A stretch of DNA of 64,000 nucleotides from Pseudoclavibacter sp. (GCA_047722305.1 JBDNYM010000006.1:213-64212); one strand, 5' to 3'; counted from the stretch's first letter, positions 25,774 to 37,171 are shown. Translations and numbers: made by a program. The notes: generated by a model from the sequence alone, not told the origin.

Positions 25774-26763
25774 TCAGAGTGCGCGCAGGCGTGGGGTCGC
25801 GGGTTCTTGTTCGCGGGCGGCGTGGAGGTCGGTGGCGAACTGGCGGGTGCCTTCGGCGGTCGCGTAGAACGCTTCGGCCTGCTCATCGGTGAGCTGGGCG
25901 GCGAGCTCGTCCAGGTCGTAGTGCAGCCACCACGAGTCGAGTTCGGTCCAGGTCAGCACGAACGCCCGCACCGCATACCGGGCGTCCGGCACCACGGGCG
26001 CGGCGGGCTGGGGCTTCTTCGCCTTCTTCTTGCCCTTCTTCGTCTCGGCGTCCACGCGAGCCAGTGCCTGTTCGGCCAGGTCGTGCAGGTGCGCGTCGTC
26101 GGCGGCTTGGTGGATGTCGCGGATGCGCTGATACACCGGATCGACCGGCCCGCCGGCCTCGATCTGCACCAACCCCGCCTGAGCCTCGGCGCGCAGCGGT
26201 TCGGGTACGTCGGGGTTGGTGGCGAGGTGTTGCAGGTAGCCGATCTTGTCCATCGTCTTGTAGGAGGGTGCGCCGGGGATCATCGCGGCGGCCTGCTCGC
26301 GGACCTTGCCCGGCGGGGTCAACGGGGGTGGAAAGTTTCCACCCCCGTTCCACCGCGGCTGATTCTCGGCCGAGAACTGCGTCGCAGCGTCCCGCCGGGC
26401 GGCGTCTTCGGCCATGAGTTCCTTGATTTCGCGGTAGAGGCCGGCGGCTTCTAGCGGGGAGAGGGTCTTGTGGAGCTGGTTGTCGTCCTGCTCGGCCAGC
26501 AGGTGTCCCAACCTGTCCGAGATGGATGAGCGCACCCAGACGTTGACGGTGCGCCAGCCGAGCTGTCGGATCGCCGCGAGCCGGCGCACCCCGCACACCA
26601 GCAGCCCGTCAGGGGTGATGGTGATGGGTTGCAGCAGCCCGTCCCGCTCGATCGACGCCGCGAGCGCGTCGAGGTCACCGAGGTCTCGGCGGTGGCGGCG
26701 GCCGACCTGGATCGACTCGACGGTCCGGTCGAGTTCGATGTGCCCCATCGCGACGGTCATCAC
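25774..26763 (-). CDS. ParB-like nuclease-domain protein.
   Basis: DLGDLDALAASIERDGLLQPITITPDGLLVCGVRRLAAIRQLGW (ParB N-terminal box with GxRR). Confidence 0.8.
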   Translation of the reverse strand: MMTVAMGHIELDRTVESIQVGRRHRRDLGDLDALAASIERDGLLQPITITPDGLLVCGVRRLAAIRQLGWRTVNVWVRSSISDRLGHLLAEQDDNQLHKTLSPLEAAGLYREIKELMAEDAARRDAATQFSAENQPRWNGGGNFPPPLTPPGKVREQAAAMIPGAPSYKTMDKIGYLQHLATNPDVPEPLRAEAQAGLVQIEAGGPVDPVYQRIRDIHQAADDAHLHDLAEQALARVDAETKKGKKKAKKPQPAAPVVPDARYAVRAFVLTWTELDSWWLHYDLDELAAQLTDEQAEAFYATAEGTRQFATDLHAAREQEPATPRLRAL

Positions 26764-27623
26764 GCACCCCTACGTCGGGTGTGGGGTGCGGCGTGGCTGA
26801 TGGTCGCCACGAGCCCGTCATCGCCCAGCAGCACGGGCAGGCCCTCGCCGATCAGCAGCCGCAGCAAGATGCCGCGTCCTTCACCGGTCGCCCCATAGCC
26901 GGGAGTGGTACGGCCCAGCAGCACCCGCAACAGCACCGTCCACGACGCGGCGGGAACATCGAGCAGGGCGCGGGCGTGCCGGTCGCGGCGCAGCGCCTCA
27001 TAGGCGCCGGTGCGTGACCCGATCCGGGCGAGGGCTTCGCAGACGTGCTCGATCGCCGGGCGGGCGGTGCCCTCGGGCCAGCCCAGCAGCATGAACAACA
27101 AGATCGCGTCCTCCACCGCGCCGGTCACCGACGCCGGCTCACCCACATCCGCATCCACCTCGTCGTCGTGGTGGTGAGGGTCGGTGACGTGGAACGCCGG
27201 GTGGTAGTCCGACAGGGTGTTCTCGCGTTCGGAGAGCCGTTCGGGGTCGTGGAAGCAGGAGATGTGCGGACGCCGCGCTTGATGCACCGAGCACAGCAGC
27301 CCTTGGCCGCGCTCTTCGGCGATGCAAGTGATCCGCACCGCATGCGTGACCACGCCCCAGGGGTCGTCGGCCTCACGGGCGGCGCGGGTACGCATCACGT
27401 CGAACGCCGCCGACGCGGCCTCCCACGGGTCCAGGCCGTGCTTGCGCGCCAACGGCGTGTACTTGTCCGCGGCGTAGGTCATCAGCTCGGCGGCTACCGG
27501 GTCGTGCTCCCACGCTCCGGGGCCGGCGTCGTGGAGCCGGTGCAGCAGGGCGCGCAGGCCCTCACCGCTGGTGTAGTCCTCACCCGCAGGATCGGTCGCC
27601 GTCGTCGTGGTGGTTGTGGTCAT
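26760..27623 (-). CDS. Hypothetical protein.
   Basis: ATG at 27623 (MTTTTTTTATDPAGEDY...) preceded by AGGAGGTG. Its stop overlaps the ParB-like start. Confidence 0.55.
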   Translation of the reverse strand: MTTTTTTTATDPAGEDYTSGEGLRALLHRLHDAGPGAWEHDPVAAELMTYAADKYTPLARKHGLDPWEAASAAFDVMRTRAAREADDPWGVVTHAVRITCIAEERGQGLLCSVHQARRPHISCFHDPERLSERENTLSDYHPAFHVTDPHHHDDEVDADVGEPASVTGAVEDAILLFMLLGWPEGTARPAIEHVCEALARIGSRTGAYEALRRDRHARALLDVPAASWTVLLRVLLGRTTPGYGATGEGRGILLRLLIGEGLPVLLGDDGLVATISHAAPHTRRRGA

Positions 27624-27715
27624 GGTCGAGGCACCTCCTGGCAGGCAGGTGCGCCGGTCGCTCCTGGCGACCGTCACCCCGCCGTGCTGGGTGTCCATGA
27701 CTCATCACCACCCCG

Positions 27716-28123
27716 CTACCTCATCCCGACCCCGGACCGTGCCGGACCCTCGACGTGCTGGCCGCGACGACCAAACGCCGACAACGGCGGCAACCGCCTC
27801 GCCCGCTCCGACACCGACCGCGCCCCCGCCGCCAGCGACGAGCGGAAACGGCGGCCCTGCTCGCTGTTGAACTCGATCCCACGCCCCGCCAGAGTCCCGC
27901 CGGAACGCACGATCAGATCGGTCGGGCGCACCCACTCCACGCCCCGGCCGCGCACCTGATCCATGCGCTCCCGCACCGCATCGCGGCGGGCCGCCTGCTG
28001 CTTGACCGCATCCGGCGTCCCCGCCCCCTCGACCGCCTCGGCGGCTCCGGGGTCGGGCTTCTTGGCCTGATCGGGTTCGATGCGGCGGGGTGGTTGCTCG
28101 CGCATCAGGTCGTCGGTGCTCAT
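27716..28123 (-). CDS. Hypothetical protein.
   Basis: 135-aa ORF whose ATG overlaps the upstream stop (ATGA at 28120-28123). Confidence 0.5.
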   Translation of the reverse strand: MSTDDLMREQPPRRIEPDQAKKPDPGAAEAVEGAGTPDAVKQQAARRDAVRERMDQVRGRGVEWVRPTDLIVRSGGTLAGRGIEFNSEQGRRFRSSLAAGARSVSERARRLPPLSAFGRRGQHVEGPARSGVGMR

Positions 28124-28815
28124 GGTGTCGCTCCCTCCAAGACAGCCCGTGGTTGCTCGGGCTCATCGGGGTGGTGCGCGCCGGCGAACCAGCGGCCCAC
28201 CGTCGAGGGATGCACATCCAGCGTCCGGGCGATCTTCTTGTTCGACCACCCCGACTCCCGCAGCTCGGCCGCTCGTGCCCGACGATCCGGCACGTCGGTA
28301 GGAACGAGGCGCGCCAGCTCGGGGATTGGCGACGCCACGGAAGGCAGTTCGTTCGGCGCGACTTCGAGCGCGACCGGCTCACGAACTTCGGCGGCTTCGG
28401 CAGCGGGTTGGGTGGTGGTGCGGATGAGGACGACGGTCAGATGGGTCGAGGCGAGCAGCACCACGGGCGGGACGGCCGCGACCGCCGCCGCCAGCCCCGC
28501 GGGTACGTCGGCGTCCGCGGCGACGATCGCGTGCAGCGCGTTCGCGGTCACCGACACCGCGGCACCACCGATCAGCAGCGTCCACGGATACCAAGCCGCA
28601 CCTTCGCCCGCGAGCGCGACCACCGCGACCGTAGAGACGACGATCACGCCATCGACGATCAACGGCCACGCCCACGCCTGCCCGTCCCCGATACCGGCCC
28701 GGCGGGCCAGATCAGCCAGGGCAGTGAAGGACAGCCAGAACGCGCCAGCCGCGATGAACACCGTCCCAACGACCGACGTGATGACCGCCCACCTCCGGCC
28801 CCGCCACCCATTCAC
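28120..28815 (-). CDS. DUF2637-like membrane protein with a C-terminal HTH.
   Basis: Four TM helices (WAVITSVVGTVFIAAGAFWLSF ... AWPLIVDGVIVVSTVAVVAL ...). The C-terminus RESGWSNKKIARTLDVHPSTVGRWF is an HTH. Confidence 0.7.
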   Translation of the reverse strand: MNGWRGRRWAVITSVVGTVFIAAGAFWLSFTALADLARRAGIGDGQAWAWPLIVDGVIVVSTVAVVALAGEGAAWYPWTLLIGGAAVSVTANALHAIVAADADVPAGLAAAVAAVPPVVLLASTHLTVVLIRTTTQPAAEAAEVREPVALEVAPNELPSVASPIPELARLVPTDVPDRRARAAELRESGWSNKKIARTLDVHPSTVGRWFAGAHHPDEPEQPRAVLEGATP

Positions 28816-29747
28816 GACAACCCCCGCGACGCGGACTCTGGCGCTGCCCGATCACAGCGAGCAAACCCATCGGCAGGCAAGCCAGGCGCGTCAGCGGGCT
28901 CGCGCTGGCGGGCACCAGCGCCGACGCTTCGGTAGGCGCTGTGGACGGTGCGGGTGATTTCCCGCTCACCGAAGTCCGACTGCGCCGCGCTCACCATCGC
29001 ATCCACCGCATCGGAGACGGGCACGCCGCCTTCGGCAAGACGGCACGAGGCCCAGAACAGTTTCAGATTCCGGTCGGTCGCCTGCCGACCCAGCCACGCC
29101 GCCAACCGATCCGCATCCGCCCCATCACGATCCCGAGCAGGTACGACGGGATGGGTGGGCTTGGGGCGCGGGTCGAGGAAGTCACGCAGCCGGTCCGAGT
29201 CCACGGGCAACGGCTGCCCGAGGTATTCGCCGCCCCCGACCTTGTACCGGCTGGCAATGCCGTCGATGATGCGGATCGAAGGCGGGGCGATGATGTAGCC
29301 GCCGTCACCACGGAAGTCGATCCCCGCGCTCCCGGCCTGCCAGGACCGCTGCTCCACCCCCGGGAGGGCCGGAAAGTAGGCGTGCTGACCGCCAGTTGGA
29401 GTGCTCACCAGCAGACCCCACCCCTTGACCAGACCCGCGTCGCCGGCACGGACGAACGCCTGCAGGCCATCGACCGGGCCATGCACGTCGACGTCGACCA
29501 CGACCAGGCCCGACGCGGCACCGGTCGGGATGCCGATGTTCGCCCACGGATGCAGGCGCCACCACGACCGCACCTGCCGTCGATCCGTCGTGGCATCCAT
29601 GTGGCCGTGGCGAGTGATCGGTGTCTTGCCGCCCGGCACGCACGGGAACACGGGCACGCCGCCCTCAGCGAGCAGCATCGCGGCATGACTTAGCCGCCAG
29701 CCACGCCCCGCCTTGGCGAGCACGTCCAGCGCCTCCAGGCCAGCCAT
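28812..29747 (-). CDS. Bifunctional primase-polymerase (Prim-Pol) domain protein.
   Basis: GGVPVFPCVPGGKTPITRHG ... GLVVVDVDVH ... GGQHAYF ... GIDFRGDGGYIIAPPS, the typical bifunctional DNA primase/polymerase N-terminal motifs. The ATG at 29747 shares 1 nt with the upstream stop. Confidence 0.8.
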   Translation of the reverse strand: MAGLEALDVLAKAGRGWRLSHAAMLLAEGGVPVFPCVPGGKTPITRHGHMDATTDRRQVRSWWRLHPWANIGIPTGAASGLVVVDVDVHGPVDGLQAFVRAGDAGLVKGWGLLVSTPTGGQHAYFPALPGVEQRSWQAGSAGIDFRGDGGYIIAPPSIRIIDGIASRYKVGGGEYLGQPLPVDSDRLRDFLDPRPKPTHPVVPARDRDGADADRLAAWLGRQATDRNLKLFWASCRLAEGGVPVSDAVDAMVSAAQSDFGEREITRTVHSAYRSVGAGARQREPADAPGLPADGFARCDRAAPESASRGLS

Positions 29748-30820
29748 CACAGCCCCCGTCCCGCCAGCGCCGGCGCGCTCGCTGGCTGGCGCTCGGGCAA
29801 CGGCGCCGCCGACCGAGACGACGCCTCCGAAACGGGAGCGTCGCGGGTGAGGCCGGGTGGGGTGCCGTTGGAGACTTGAAAGGTGTCGAGCTGGTCGAGG
29901 ATGCCCAACGCGGTCTTGCGCACCCGCTCCCCAGTGGCCTTGATGACCTCCGCCGGTTCGGTGTCCTTCACCGACGACGCCCACCCCGCCACATACGGGA
30001 TCGTGTAGCCGCTGGTGTCCAGGCCGTGCGCGGCACCGATCATCAACGCGACCGACTCGGCCTCCACCTCGGAGATGCCACGGTGCTGACGAGCTTCCTC
30101 ATCCTTCGGGTCGTGCATCAGCACATGCGCCAGCTCATGCACCAACGTGGCGACCTGATTGACCTCCGTCACATCGGTGCGCACCGACACCTGCCGCGTC
30201 GCGTAGTCCGTCAGTCCATCCGCGCCGCCGATCTGCCCGGCATCCGCTACCCGCACCACCTCGAACCCCAACGCCTCGACCTGCGCCGCCAGGCCGTCCC
30301 ACAACCCCACCGGGGCTTCGCCGTCCAGCAACTTTGGTGCGGGAGCCTCCGGGATCGGATCACCCTCGGTCTGCGTCACATCCCACACGTAGGCGGGCCG
30401 AGCGCCCACCATCCGGGTACGCACCGTCTCGTTGACCTTGTGCTTCTCCCGTGGCCCCAACCGGCGCCACGACGACGGATCAGCCGGGTTCGATGAGGCG
30501 AACCGGCCGGTCACCGGGGCGAAGATCATGTAGCCCTGCTGGCCCTTCTGCACCTGACGGCCGAGCTGCTGCCACTGCCGATACCCAGCCACATGCGACG
30601 GCACCGGGTTCGGCACCCGGCCGGCCTCGAACGCAGCCTCGTGCTGGACCCAGATCAGCAGCGTGTTGTTGAACGAGCGCGACCGGAACCGAGCCGCGAA
30701 CTCCAACGCCCGCGCCCAGTCCTCACCGGACACCAGCATCTCCACCGCGCCAGTCAGCCGCTCATGCAGCTCATCGAGCTTCGCGTCCCGCGCAGCCCGC
30801 GCTTCCTCCGTCACAGCCAT
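29747..30820 (-). CDS. ardC: ArdC-like antirestriction protein (ssDNA-binding N-domain plus HExxH metalloprotease domain).
   Basis: FAARFRSRSFNNTLLIWVQ ... GYRQWQQLGRQVQKGQQGYMIFAP (DUF1738-like) and ATLVHELAHVLMH. ATG at 30820. Confidence 0.7.
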   Translation of the reverse strand: MAVTEEARAARDAKLDELHERLTGAVEMLVSGEDWARALEFAARFRSRSFNNTLLIWVQHEAAFEAGRVPNPVPSHVAGYRQWQQLGRQVQKGQQGYMIFAPVTGRFASSNPADPSSWRRLGPREKHKVNETVRTRMVGARPAYVWDVTQTEGDPIPEAPAPKLLDGEAPVGLWDGLAAQVEALGFEVVRVADAGQIGGADGLTDYATRQVSVRTDVTEVNQVATLVHELAHVLMHDPKDEEARQHRGISEVEAESVALMIGAAHGLDTSGYTIPYVAGWASSVKDTEPAEVIKATGERVRKTALGILDQLDTFQVSNGTPPGLTRDAPVSEASSRSAAPLPERQPASAPALAGRGL

Positions 30821-31032
30821 CGTTGACCTCCCTTCGCCAAGACCGCCGAAGGGCGGCCGTGCGACTGTGAGGTACGCCGGGAAGATCAAGGAGACGAGAC
30901 GAGCCAGGGGACGACCGAGACTGTCAGGTCGCATGAGGAACCCAACGAGTCCCTACCGGACTACACGCCCAGACCCGCCCACAGAGGAGAGGGCAGCCGA
31001 TCCGGCGGTTATCACTCGGAATCGTGCGCGCT

Positions 31033-31974
31033 TCACCCGGAAGCGTCGGCTGCGCGGCGCTGGCTCATCGCCCGGTACCGGCGGGGAGTCATCCCCACGC
31101 TACGGCGGAACTGACGGGCCGCGAAATCAGGATCACCCCATCCCACCTCACGAGCAATCACCGCGATCGGCGCGTCCGTCGTGCGCAGAAGACCCGCCAT
31201 CCGCTCCGTCCGCAACATCGTCAAATACGCAATCGGCGACTTCCCGAACGCATCGACAAAGATGCGCCCCACCTGCGACTTCGACACATGCAACTCGTTC
31301 GCCAAGTCAGTCACCGACCAGTGACGTACGGGGTCGGCGCGCAGCAGCTCCGCGCCCCGGCGCGCTTCCTGCCGTAGCGGAGCGAAGCGGCGGTGTCGCG
31401 GCTGAGTCGGCCATCCCGTCGCCCGTTGCGTCGGGGAGATACGGACTGGAGAGGTTCTGATGAATGGCGCGATGACGTGACTGATCGAGAACCAGAGCGC
31501 CTGCATCCGATAGAAGTTCTCCACGGGCCGGGCCTCAATGCTCAAGGCAACCAGCTCGTCCAGCCACGGCATCAGCAACCCCGTTCGGTCCTCACCGAGA
31601 TGGAGAATCTGCGCCGGTTCTGTGTAAATGGTCGCCGCGAAGTCTTGGGCGTCGAGCCGATCGTGCAAAATGCCGACATGCTGCCAGAACACCTGGTCGA
31701 TCACGTAGTCGGTGTCGGCGTAGATCGTGGTCACGGTGATGTGGCCTTCGGGCTCGCTTCCGCAGAGCGTGTTCGCGCCGAGCAAGATCACATCGCCGAT
31801 GGTAACTGGCTGCTGTCCGAACTCGCTGAACAAGATTGCGGAGCCGTCACGGACCACGATCACCTTCACGCAGTCATACGCCACCGGCCCCACCGGCCGA
31901 TGAATGGTGCGGGTTCGAGCCAACAAGGGCGCGTAGGGCGTCATGCCTGGCCCTGGTGTTGATCCGTTCACCAT
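31033..31974 (-). CDS. AraC-family transcriptional regulator.
   Basis: C-terminal WSVTDLANELHVSKSQVGRIFVDAFGKSPIAYLTMLRTERMAGLL...IAREVGWGDPDFAARQFRRSVGMTPRRYR (two HTH units). The start may be the second Met. Confidence 0.88.
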   Translation of the reverse strand: MVNGSTPGPGMTPYAPLLARTRTIHRPVGPVAYDCVKVIVVRDGSAILFSEFGQQPVTIGDVILLGANTLCGSEPEGHITVTTIYADTDYVIDQVFWQHVGILHDRLDAQDFAATIYTEPAQILHLGEDRTGLLMPWLDELVALSIEARPVENFYRMQALWFSISHVIAPFIRTSPVRISPTQRATGWPTQPRHRRFAPLRQEARRGAELLRADPVRHWSVTDLANELHVSKSQVGRIFVDAFGKSPIAYLTMLRTERMAGLLRTTDAPIAVIAREVGWGDPDFAARQFRRSVGMTPRRYRAMSQRRAADASG

Positions 31975-32048
31975 GACCGTGCCATCGCGCGTTCAATATC
32001 AACCAGTGGAGACTGTCGCCCGTGCCGACGATTCGTATGACCCGCGCG

Positions 32049-33593
32049 TCAGGTCTGGTAGCCGATGACGGTCATCATGCCGGTTTCGGCGTGGTAGATG
32101 TTGTGGCAGTGTGCGGCCCATTGGCCGGGATTGTCGGCGTCGAAGTCGATGGTCAGGGTCTGCTTTGGCAGGATGATCGAGGTGTCCTTGCGCGGCCCAC
32201 CGTCTGAGTGCTGGTAGGTGTGGCCGTGTAGGTGGAAGGGATGCCACATCTCGGTCTCGTTGACCAGACGGAGGCGCACTCGCTCACCGGCCCGGACCGC
32301 CTGCGCGTCGCGCAGCGGCTGGGTCGGGTCGAACCGCTGGCCGTTGATGCCCCAGTCGTAGTCGGCCATCGAGCCGGTGAGCGTCAGGGTGATCTCCCGG
32401 TCGGCAGCCTTGGCGTCGAGAGCCACGCCGGTAGTAGCGGTGAGGATCGCGGCGGTGCCGACCTGATCGCTGTCCAACTCAGTGACCTTGACATCCGATG
32501 CTGGTGCTCCGCCGCCGCCGGTGCGCACTACGGCGAAGGCGCGTTCGCGTTTGCCTTCGGCCTGTGCCACGAGTGGGAACGCGCCGTCGCCGAGGGTGAC
32601 GAGGAGGTCGTAGCGTTCGCCCATGCCGAGCAGAACACTGTCCACTTCAACAGGTTCGACGGGGAATCCGTCAGTGTGGGTCACGGTGAGGCGGTGCCCG
32701 CCGATCGCGAATCGGAAGGCGGTGTCACCGCCGGCGTTGATGAGTCGTATCCGTACTCTGCTGCCGGGTGTGCCGGTGAACTGGGCCGGGTCGGCGGTAG
32801 GTTTTCCGTTGATGAGGTAGTGCGGGTAGTAGACGTCTCCGGCATCGCCGCCGAGCAGGTCGGAGCTGGCGCCCATGAGGGTGTTGGCCATCCGCATGAG
32901 CATGCCGTCCATCCCGCCCATGTCGCCCATCCCGCGTGACAGCTCGGCGAGGACCTGCTCGGGGGTGGCTGTGACGCCATCGAGCCAGTCGTCCAGGACG
33001 ATGACCCACTCGTCGTCGTAGGTCAGGGACTCGTTCGGGTCCTCGATGATGAGCGCTCCGTACAGTCCGCTGTCGAGCTGCGCGCCGACGTGGGGGTGGA
33101 ACCAGTAGGTGCCCGGATCGGGCGTGATGAACTCGTAGTCGAACGTGCCGCCGGCAGCGATGGGTTGCTGGGTGAGCGGCGGCACGCCGTCCATGTCGTT
33201 GCGCAGTGCGAGCCCGTGCCAGTGCACGGAGGTCTCGACCGGGAGCTGGTTGCGGACGGTCGCTTTGAGGGTGTCACCGGCTCCGAGGCGGATGACCGGG
33301 GCGGGTACGGCACCGTAGGCGAAAGTTTGCGCCGTGGTGCCTGCGAGGTCCAGGCTGGCCGATGCGGCTGTGAGCGTGACTGCGGTGATCTTTCCGGTGC
33401 CGCCGCGTTGCCGTTCGCGGTCTCGCACGGCGGCGCTGTCCGGGTTCACCCAGGTGGCGGACGAGGTGCAGCCGGCGAGAGCGAGAGTCGCCGCCGCACC
33501 CACGCCGAGGCCGAGGAACGCGCGCCTGCTCCACAGCCGCTCTACGCCGAGGCCGGAATCACGACGGATCGGGAGCCGGCTGGCCGGGCTCAT
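32049..33593 (-). CDS. Multicopper oxidase, Tat-exported lipoprotein.
   Basis: [21 protein letters not shown] Tat/lipobox. Copper sites HWHG, WFHPH, and [13 protein letters not shown]. Confidence 0.92.
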   Translation of the reverse strand: MSPASRLPIRRDSGLGVERLWSRRAFLGLGVGAAATLALAGCTSSATWVNPDSAAVRDRERQRGGTGKITAVTLTAASASLDLAGTTAQTFAYGAVPAPVIRLGAGDTLKATVRNQLPVETSVHWHGLALRNDMDGVPPLTQQPIAAGGTFDYEFITPDPGTYWFHPHVGAQLDSGLYGALIIEDPNESLTYDDEWVIVLDDWLDGVTATPEQVLAELSRGMGDMGGMDGMLMRMANTLMGASSDLLGGDAGDVYYPHYLINGKPTADPAQFTGTPGSRVRIRLINAGGDTAFRFAIGGHRLTVTHTDGFPVEPVEVDSVLLGMGERYDLLVTLGDGAFPLVAQAEGKRERAFAVVRTGGGGAPASDVKVTELDSDQVGTAAILTATTGVALDAKAADREITLTLTGSMADYDWGINGQRFDPTQPLRDAQAVRAGERVRLRLVNETEMWHPFHLHGHTYQHSDGGPRKDTSIILPKQTLTIDFDADNPGQWAAHCHNIYHAETGMMTVIGYQT

Positions 33594-36109
33594 CGGATTT
33601 GCCCGTTCGGGGAAGGCTCAACCGGCCCGGCCGGCTCGCTCGTGGCGGTGCTGCCTGGTGCGGGTGCCTGGTCGGGCAGGCGGAGTCGTTTGAGGAGCAG
33701 GGCGTTGATCGCGACGATGACGCTGGAGCCGGACATGCTGATGGCCGCGATTTCGGGGGTGAGCATGATCCCGAACGCCGGGTAGAACACACCGGCGGCG
33801 ATGGGCAGCGCGATGGTGTTGTAGCCGATGGCCCAGCCGAGGTTCTGCCGCATCTTGCGCAGGGTGCCTTTCCCGATCCGCAGCGCGATAGGGACGTCGA
33901 GCGGGTCGGAGCGCATGAGAACGACGTCGGCGGTTTCGATCGCGACGTCGGTGCCGGCGCCGATCGCGATGCCGAGGTCAGCCTGTGCGAGAGCGGGTGC
34001 GTCGTTGACGCCATCGCCGACCATCGCGACCTTCTTTCCGGCTGCCTGGAGCTTGGCGATCTTGGCGGACTTGTCTTCGGGCAGCACGTCGGCGATCACG
34101 GTGTCGATGCCCAGCAGGGAGGCGATCCGTTGCGCGGTGGGCTGGTTGTCGCCGGTGAGCATGACGGCCTCGATACCGGCGTCGTGGAGGGCGTCGATCG
34201 CGGCTTTGGCGGTCTCGCGGGGTGCGTCGGCCAGTGCGATCACGCCGCCGATGGTGCCGTCGACGGCGAACATGATCGCGGTGCGCCCGTCTGCCGCGAG
34301 CGACTGTTGAGCGGTATCGACGGGGCTGGTGTCGATGCCCTCGGCTGCCATGAGCCTGGTGTTGCCGAGAACGACCCGGTGCCCGTCGACGGTGGCGGTC
34401 GCGCCCTGCCCGGTGATGTTGCGGAACGCGGTCGCGGTGCGGCGTGGGATGTCGCGGGCGTCGGCGTAGGCGACGATCGCTTTCGCCAGTGGGTGCTCCG
34501 ATTCTCGTTCCGCGGCCACGACGAAGGACAGCAGATCCAGGTCGTTGGTGCCGACCGCGAGGTAGTCGGTGACTTCGGGCTCGCCCTTGGTGAGGGTGCC
34601 GGTCTTGTCGAGCACCACGGTGTCGATCCGGGCGGCGGTCTCGATGCCGGTGGCGTTCTTGAACAGCACGCCGCGTTTGGCGCCCAGGCCGGTGCCGACC
34701 ATGATCGCGGTCGGGGTGGCGAGCCCGAGCGCGTCGGGGCAGGTGATGACGACCACGGTGATCGCGAACAGAATCGCCATCGGCACATCCGCTCCGGCGA
34801 GGAGCCAGACCAGGAACGTGAGTGTGCCGCCGATCAGGGCGACCAGCACGAGCCAGAACGCGGCCCGGTCCGCGAGCCGCTGACCGGGAGCCTTGGAGTT
34901 CTGTGCCTCCTGCACCAGTTTCACGATCTGCGCCAGCGCGGTATCGGCGCCGACCTTCGTCGCCTTCACTCGGAGGCTGCCGACGGTGTTCACGGTCGCG
35001 CCGATCACAGCCGAGCCGGGGGACTTCTCGACCGGCATCGACTCGCCGGTGACCATCGACTCGTCGACCTCCGACGTGCCGTCCACGACCTCCCCGTCGG
35101 TCGGGACTTTCGCGCCGGGCCGCACCAGCAGCAGATCGCCGGGAACGACCTCGGCGGTGGGGATTTCGATCTCGTTGCCGTCGCGGATCACGACTGCGCG
35201 TGCCGGGGCGAGTTCCAGCAGCCGGCGGATGGCGTCGTTCGCGCCGCCGCGGGCGCGCATCTCGACCCAGTGGCCGAGAAGTACGAAGGTGGCGAGCACG
35301 CTGGCGGCTTCGTAGAACACTTCCCCGCCGCCGGTCAGGGTGATGGCGAGGCTGTAGAGCCAGCCCGCGCCGACACCGACCGCGACCAGCACCATCATGT
35401 CCAGCGTCTTCGCGCGCAGCGCCCGGTAGGCGCCGTCGAAGAAGATCCAGGCCGCGTAGAAGATCACCGGCAGCGACAAGATCAGGGAGAACACGTCATC
35501 GCGGAGCCCGAACGGTGCCGGGACGGTGAACCCGATGACCTCCCGGCCGATCGGAGACCACAAGGTGATCGGGATGGACAGGATCAGCGCGACCAGGAAA
35601 CGGTTGCGCATGTCACGGATCATCGCGTCCATCGACATGCCGCCGTGGTGGCCGCCGTGCCCCATCACATCCTGCGCGGTCGCCGGTGCCGAGTCGCCAT
35701 GCGCGTGAGCCGGCTCCGGCGAGGCCAGCGCCATGTCGTGGCCGGCGTGGGCGGAGTGATCGTGCCCCGTGTCGCCGGTTGCTCCGTGGTGGTGATGTTG
35801 CGGCGCGCTGTCGTGGTGGGAGGGAGGGGCCGTCGAGCGCGAGGCGTGCGGCTCGTCGCTGGGGTGGCAGATGTGCTGCGGCACGGACTGTCCGGCACAA
35901 TGGAATCCGCACTCGGTGACCCAGGCGCGGAGCTGCTGGACAGATGTCAGCTCGGGGTCGTAGGTGACATTCGCGGTCTGCGCGACCGGGTTCACCTCGA
36001 CGGTGACCACTCCGGGCAGTCGCCCCAGGGTCTTCTCGGCGAGTTGTGAAGAGGAGGCCCAGTGCAGACCGGCCACCTCTAGGACGACGGTGTTCATCTT
36101 CTTGTTCAT
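33590..36109 (-). CDS. Copper-type P1B ATPase with a His/Met-rich N-terminus, a degenerate HMA domain and a CPD transmembrane motif.
   Basis: [21 protein letters not shown]; [14 protein letters not shown] (codons TGC CCC GAC); N-terminal [28 protein letters not shown]; an HMA-like fold lacking CxxC (AGLHWASS). Confidence 0.9.
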   Translation of the reverse strand: MNKKMNTVVLEVAGLHWASSSQLAEKTLGRLPGVVTVEVNPVAQTANVTYDPELTSVQQLRAWVTECGFHCAGQSVPQHICHPSDEPHASRSTAPPSHHDSAPQHHHHGATGDTGHDHSAHAGHDMALASPEPAHAHGDSAPATAQDVMGHGGHHGGMSMDAMIRDMRNRFLVALILSIPITLWSPIGREVIGFTVPAPFGLRDDVFSLILSLPVIFYAAWIFFDGAYRALRAKTLDMMVLVAVGVGAGWLYSLAITLTGGGEVFYEAASVLATFVLLGHWVEMRARGGANDAIRRLLELAPARAVVIRDGNEIEIPTAEVVPGDLLLVRPGAKVPTDGEVVDGTSEVDESMVTGESMPVEKSPGSAVIGATVNTVGSLRVKATKVGADTALAQIVKLVQEAQNSKAPGQRLADRAAFWLVLVALIGGTLTFLVWLLAGADVPMAILFAITVVVITCPDALGLATPTAIMVGTGLGAKRGVLFKNATGIETAARIDTVVLDKTGTLTKGEPEVTDYLAVGTNDLDLLSFVVAAERESEHPLAKAIVAYADARDIPRRTATAFRNITGQGATATVDGHRVVLGNTRLMAAEGIDTSPVDTAQQSLAADGRTAIMFAVDGTIGGVIALADAPRETAKAAIDALHDAGIEAVMLTGDNQPTAQRIASLLGIDTVIADVLPEDKSAKIAKLQAAGKKVAMVGDGVNDAPALAQADLGIAIGAGTDVAIETADVVLMRSDPLDVPIALRIGKGTLRKMRQNLGWAIGYNTIALPIAAGVFYPAFGIMLTPEIAAISMSGSSVIVAINALLLKRLRLPDQAPAPGSTATSEPAGPVEPSPNGQIR

Positions 36110-36141
36110 GGCGTTTCCTATGACTGTTGTTCAGCCCAGCC

Positions 36142-37008
36142 CTACAGGGCGGGCAGGATGGTGGTGGCCTGGTCGCCGTCGAGGGCGACGATGCCGCGGT
36201 CGTCCACGAGATGGACGACACCTGACGGGGCAAGACCGAGGGCTGCGACGGTCCCCTGCGCGGTACCGATCGGTGTCCACGCCGCCTGGCCGCTGCGCCG
36301 CCAGAGCTGCCCATCGGTATCGACACGGACCAGTTCGTTTCCGGCCGCATCGAGCAGATACAGCGTGGGTGCATCAGCAACCAGTCCGAAGGCGGCAGCG
36401 TTGTCGTCGCTGGCGAACAGCCCGCTTTGGGTGGCCGCATAGATCACGCCGTCTGCGGTGACCGCAAGATCAGCGGCGGTTATCTCGCTGCCAGCCATCC
36501 AGGTGCTGCCGGAGTCGCCGCTGATCTGTACCACGGGACTGCTCGACCCGATCCCGTACACCTGCCCATCGGGACCGGCGGTCAGGACGTGGAAGTCCTC
36601 CTCGCCCGTGAACGCGACCGGCTCCCAGCTCTGCCCGCCGTCCTCGCTGCGGATGATGCCGAGATTCGGTGACCCCAACTCCGAAGGCGTGTCCATGCCG
36701 GGATGCCCGGAAGCGATCAGCACGCCGTCCGTGACGGTCAGGCCCATCACGTCGAAGTCGTAGCCACCCAACGGACCTTCCACAGAGCCTTCGGCATCGA
36801 CCCGGTACAGGCCCATATGGGTAGCGACCAGGATCGTGGCACCGGCCTCGGGCACCACCGCATGGATGTGCCCGAACTCGACCGGAGTCTGCGCCGCCGG
36901 AGACGGCGTGGAGAAGGTGCCACAACCAGCAAGCACAGTGACAGCAGCTACGGCGGCAGCGAGCGCGACGAGCGCGCGGCGAGGTGAGGAACGAAGACGA
37001 GAGAACAT
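36142..37008 (-). CDS. Lipoprotein with beta-propeller (BNR/sialidase-like) repeats, copper-cluster associated.
   Basis: MFSRLRSSPRRALVALAAAVAAVTVLAGC lipobox and repeated S-x-D-x-G-x-(S/T)-W motifs (SEDGGQSW, SGDSGSTW). ATG at 37008. Confidence 0.7.
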   Translation of the reverse strand: MFSRLRSSPRRALVALAAAVAAVTVLAGCGTFSTPSPAAQTPVEFGHIHAVVPEAGATILVATHMGLYRVDAEGSVEGPLGGYDFDVMGLTVTDGVLIASGHPGMDTPSELGSPNLGIIRSEDGGQSWEPVAFTGEEDFHVLTAGPDGQVYGIGSSSPVVQISGDSGSTWMAGSEITAADLAVTADGVIYAATQSGLFASDDNAAAFGLVADAPTLYLLDAAGNELVRVDTDGQLWRRSGQAAWTPIGTAQGTVAALGLAPSGVVHLVDDRGIVALDGDQATTILPAL

Positions 37009-37171
37009 CAAAAGGGGGCCTTCCGGGAGAGCAGGACGACGACAGACACGGCCGATGGGTAGGCGAAGGGAGCCGGCCGCGAAGCGCACCGGTGTCAAGA
37101 GCAGCGGCAGGACGGTGGGGAGCCCGCACCACGGGTGGTCGGGCTCCCACGCCCGCTCCTGTCGAGGACGG

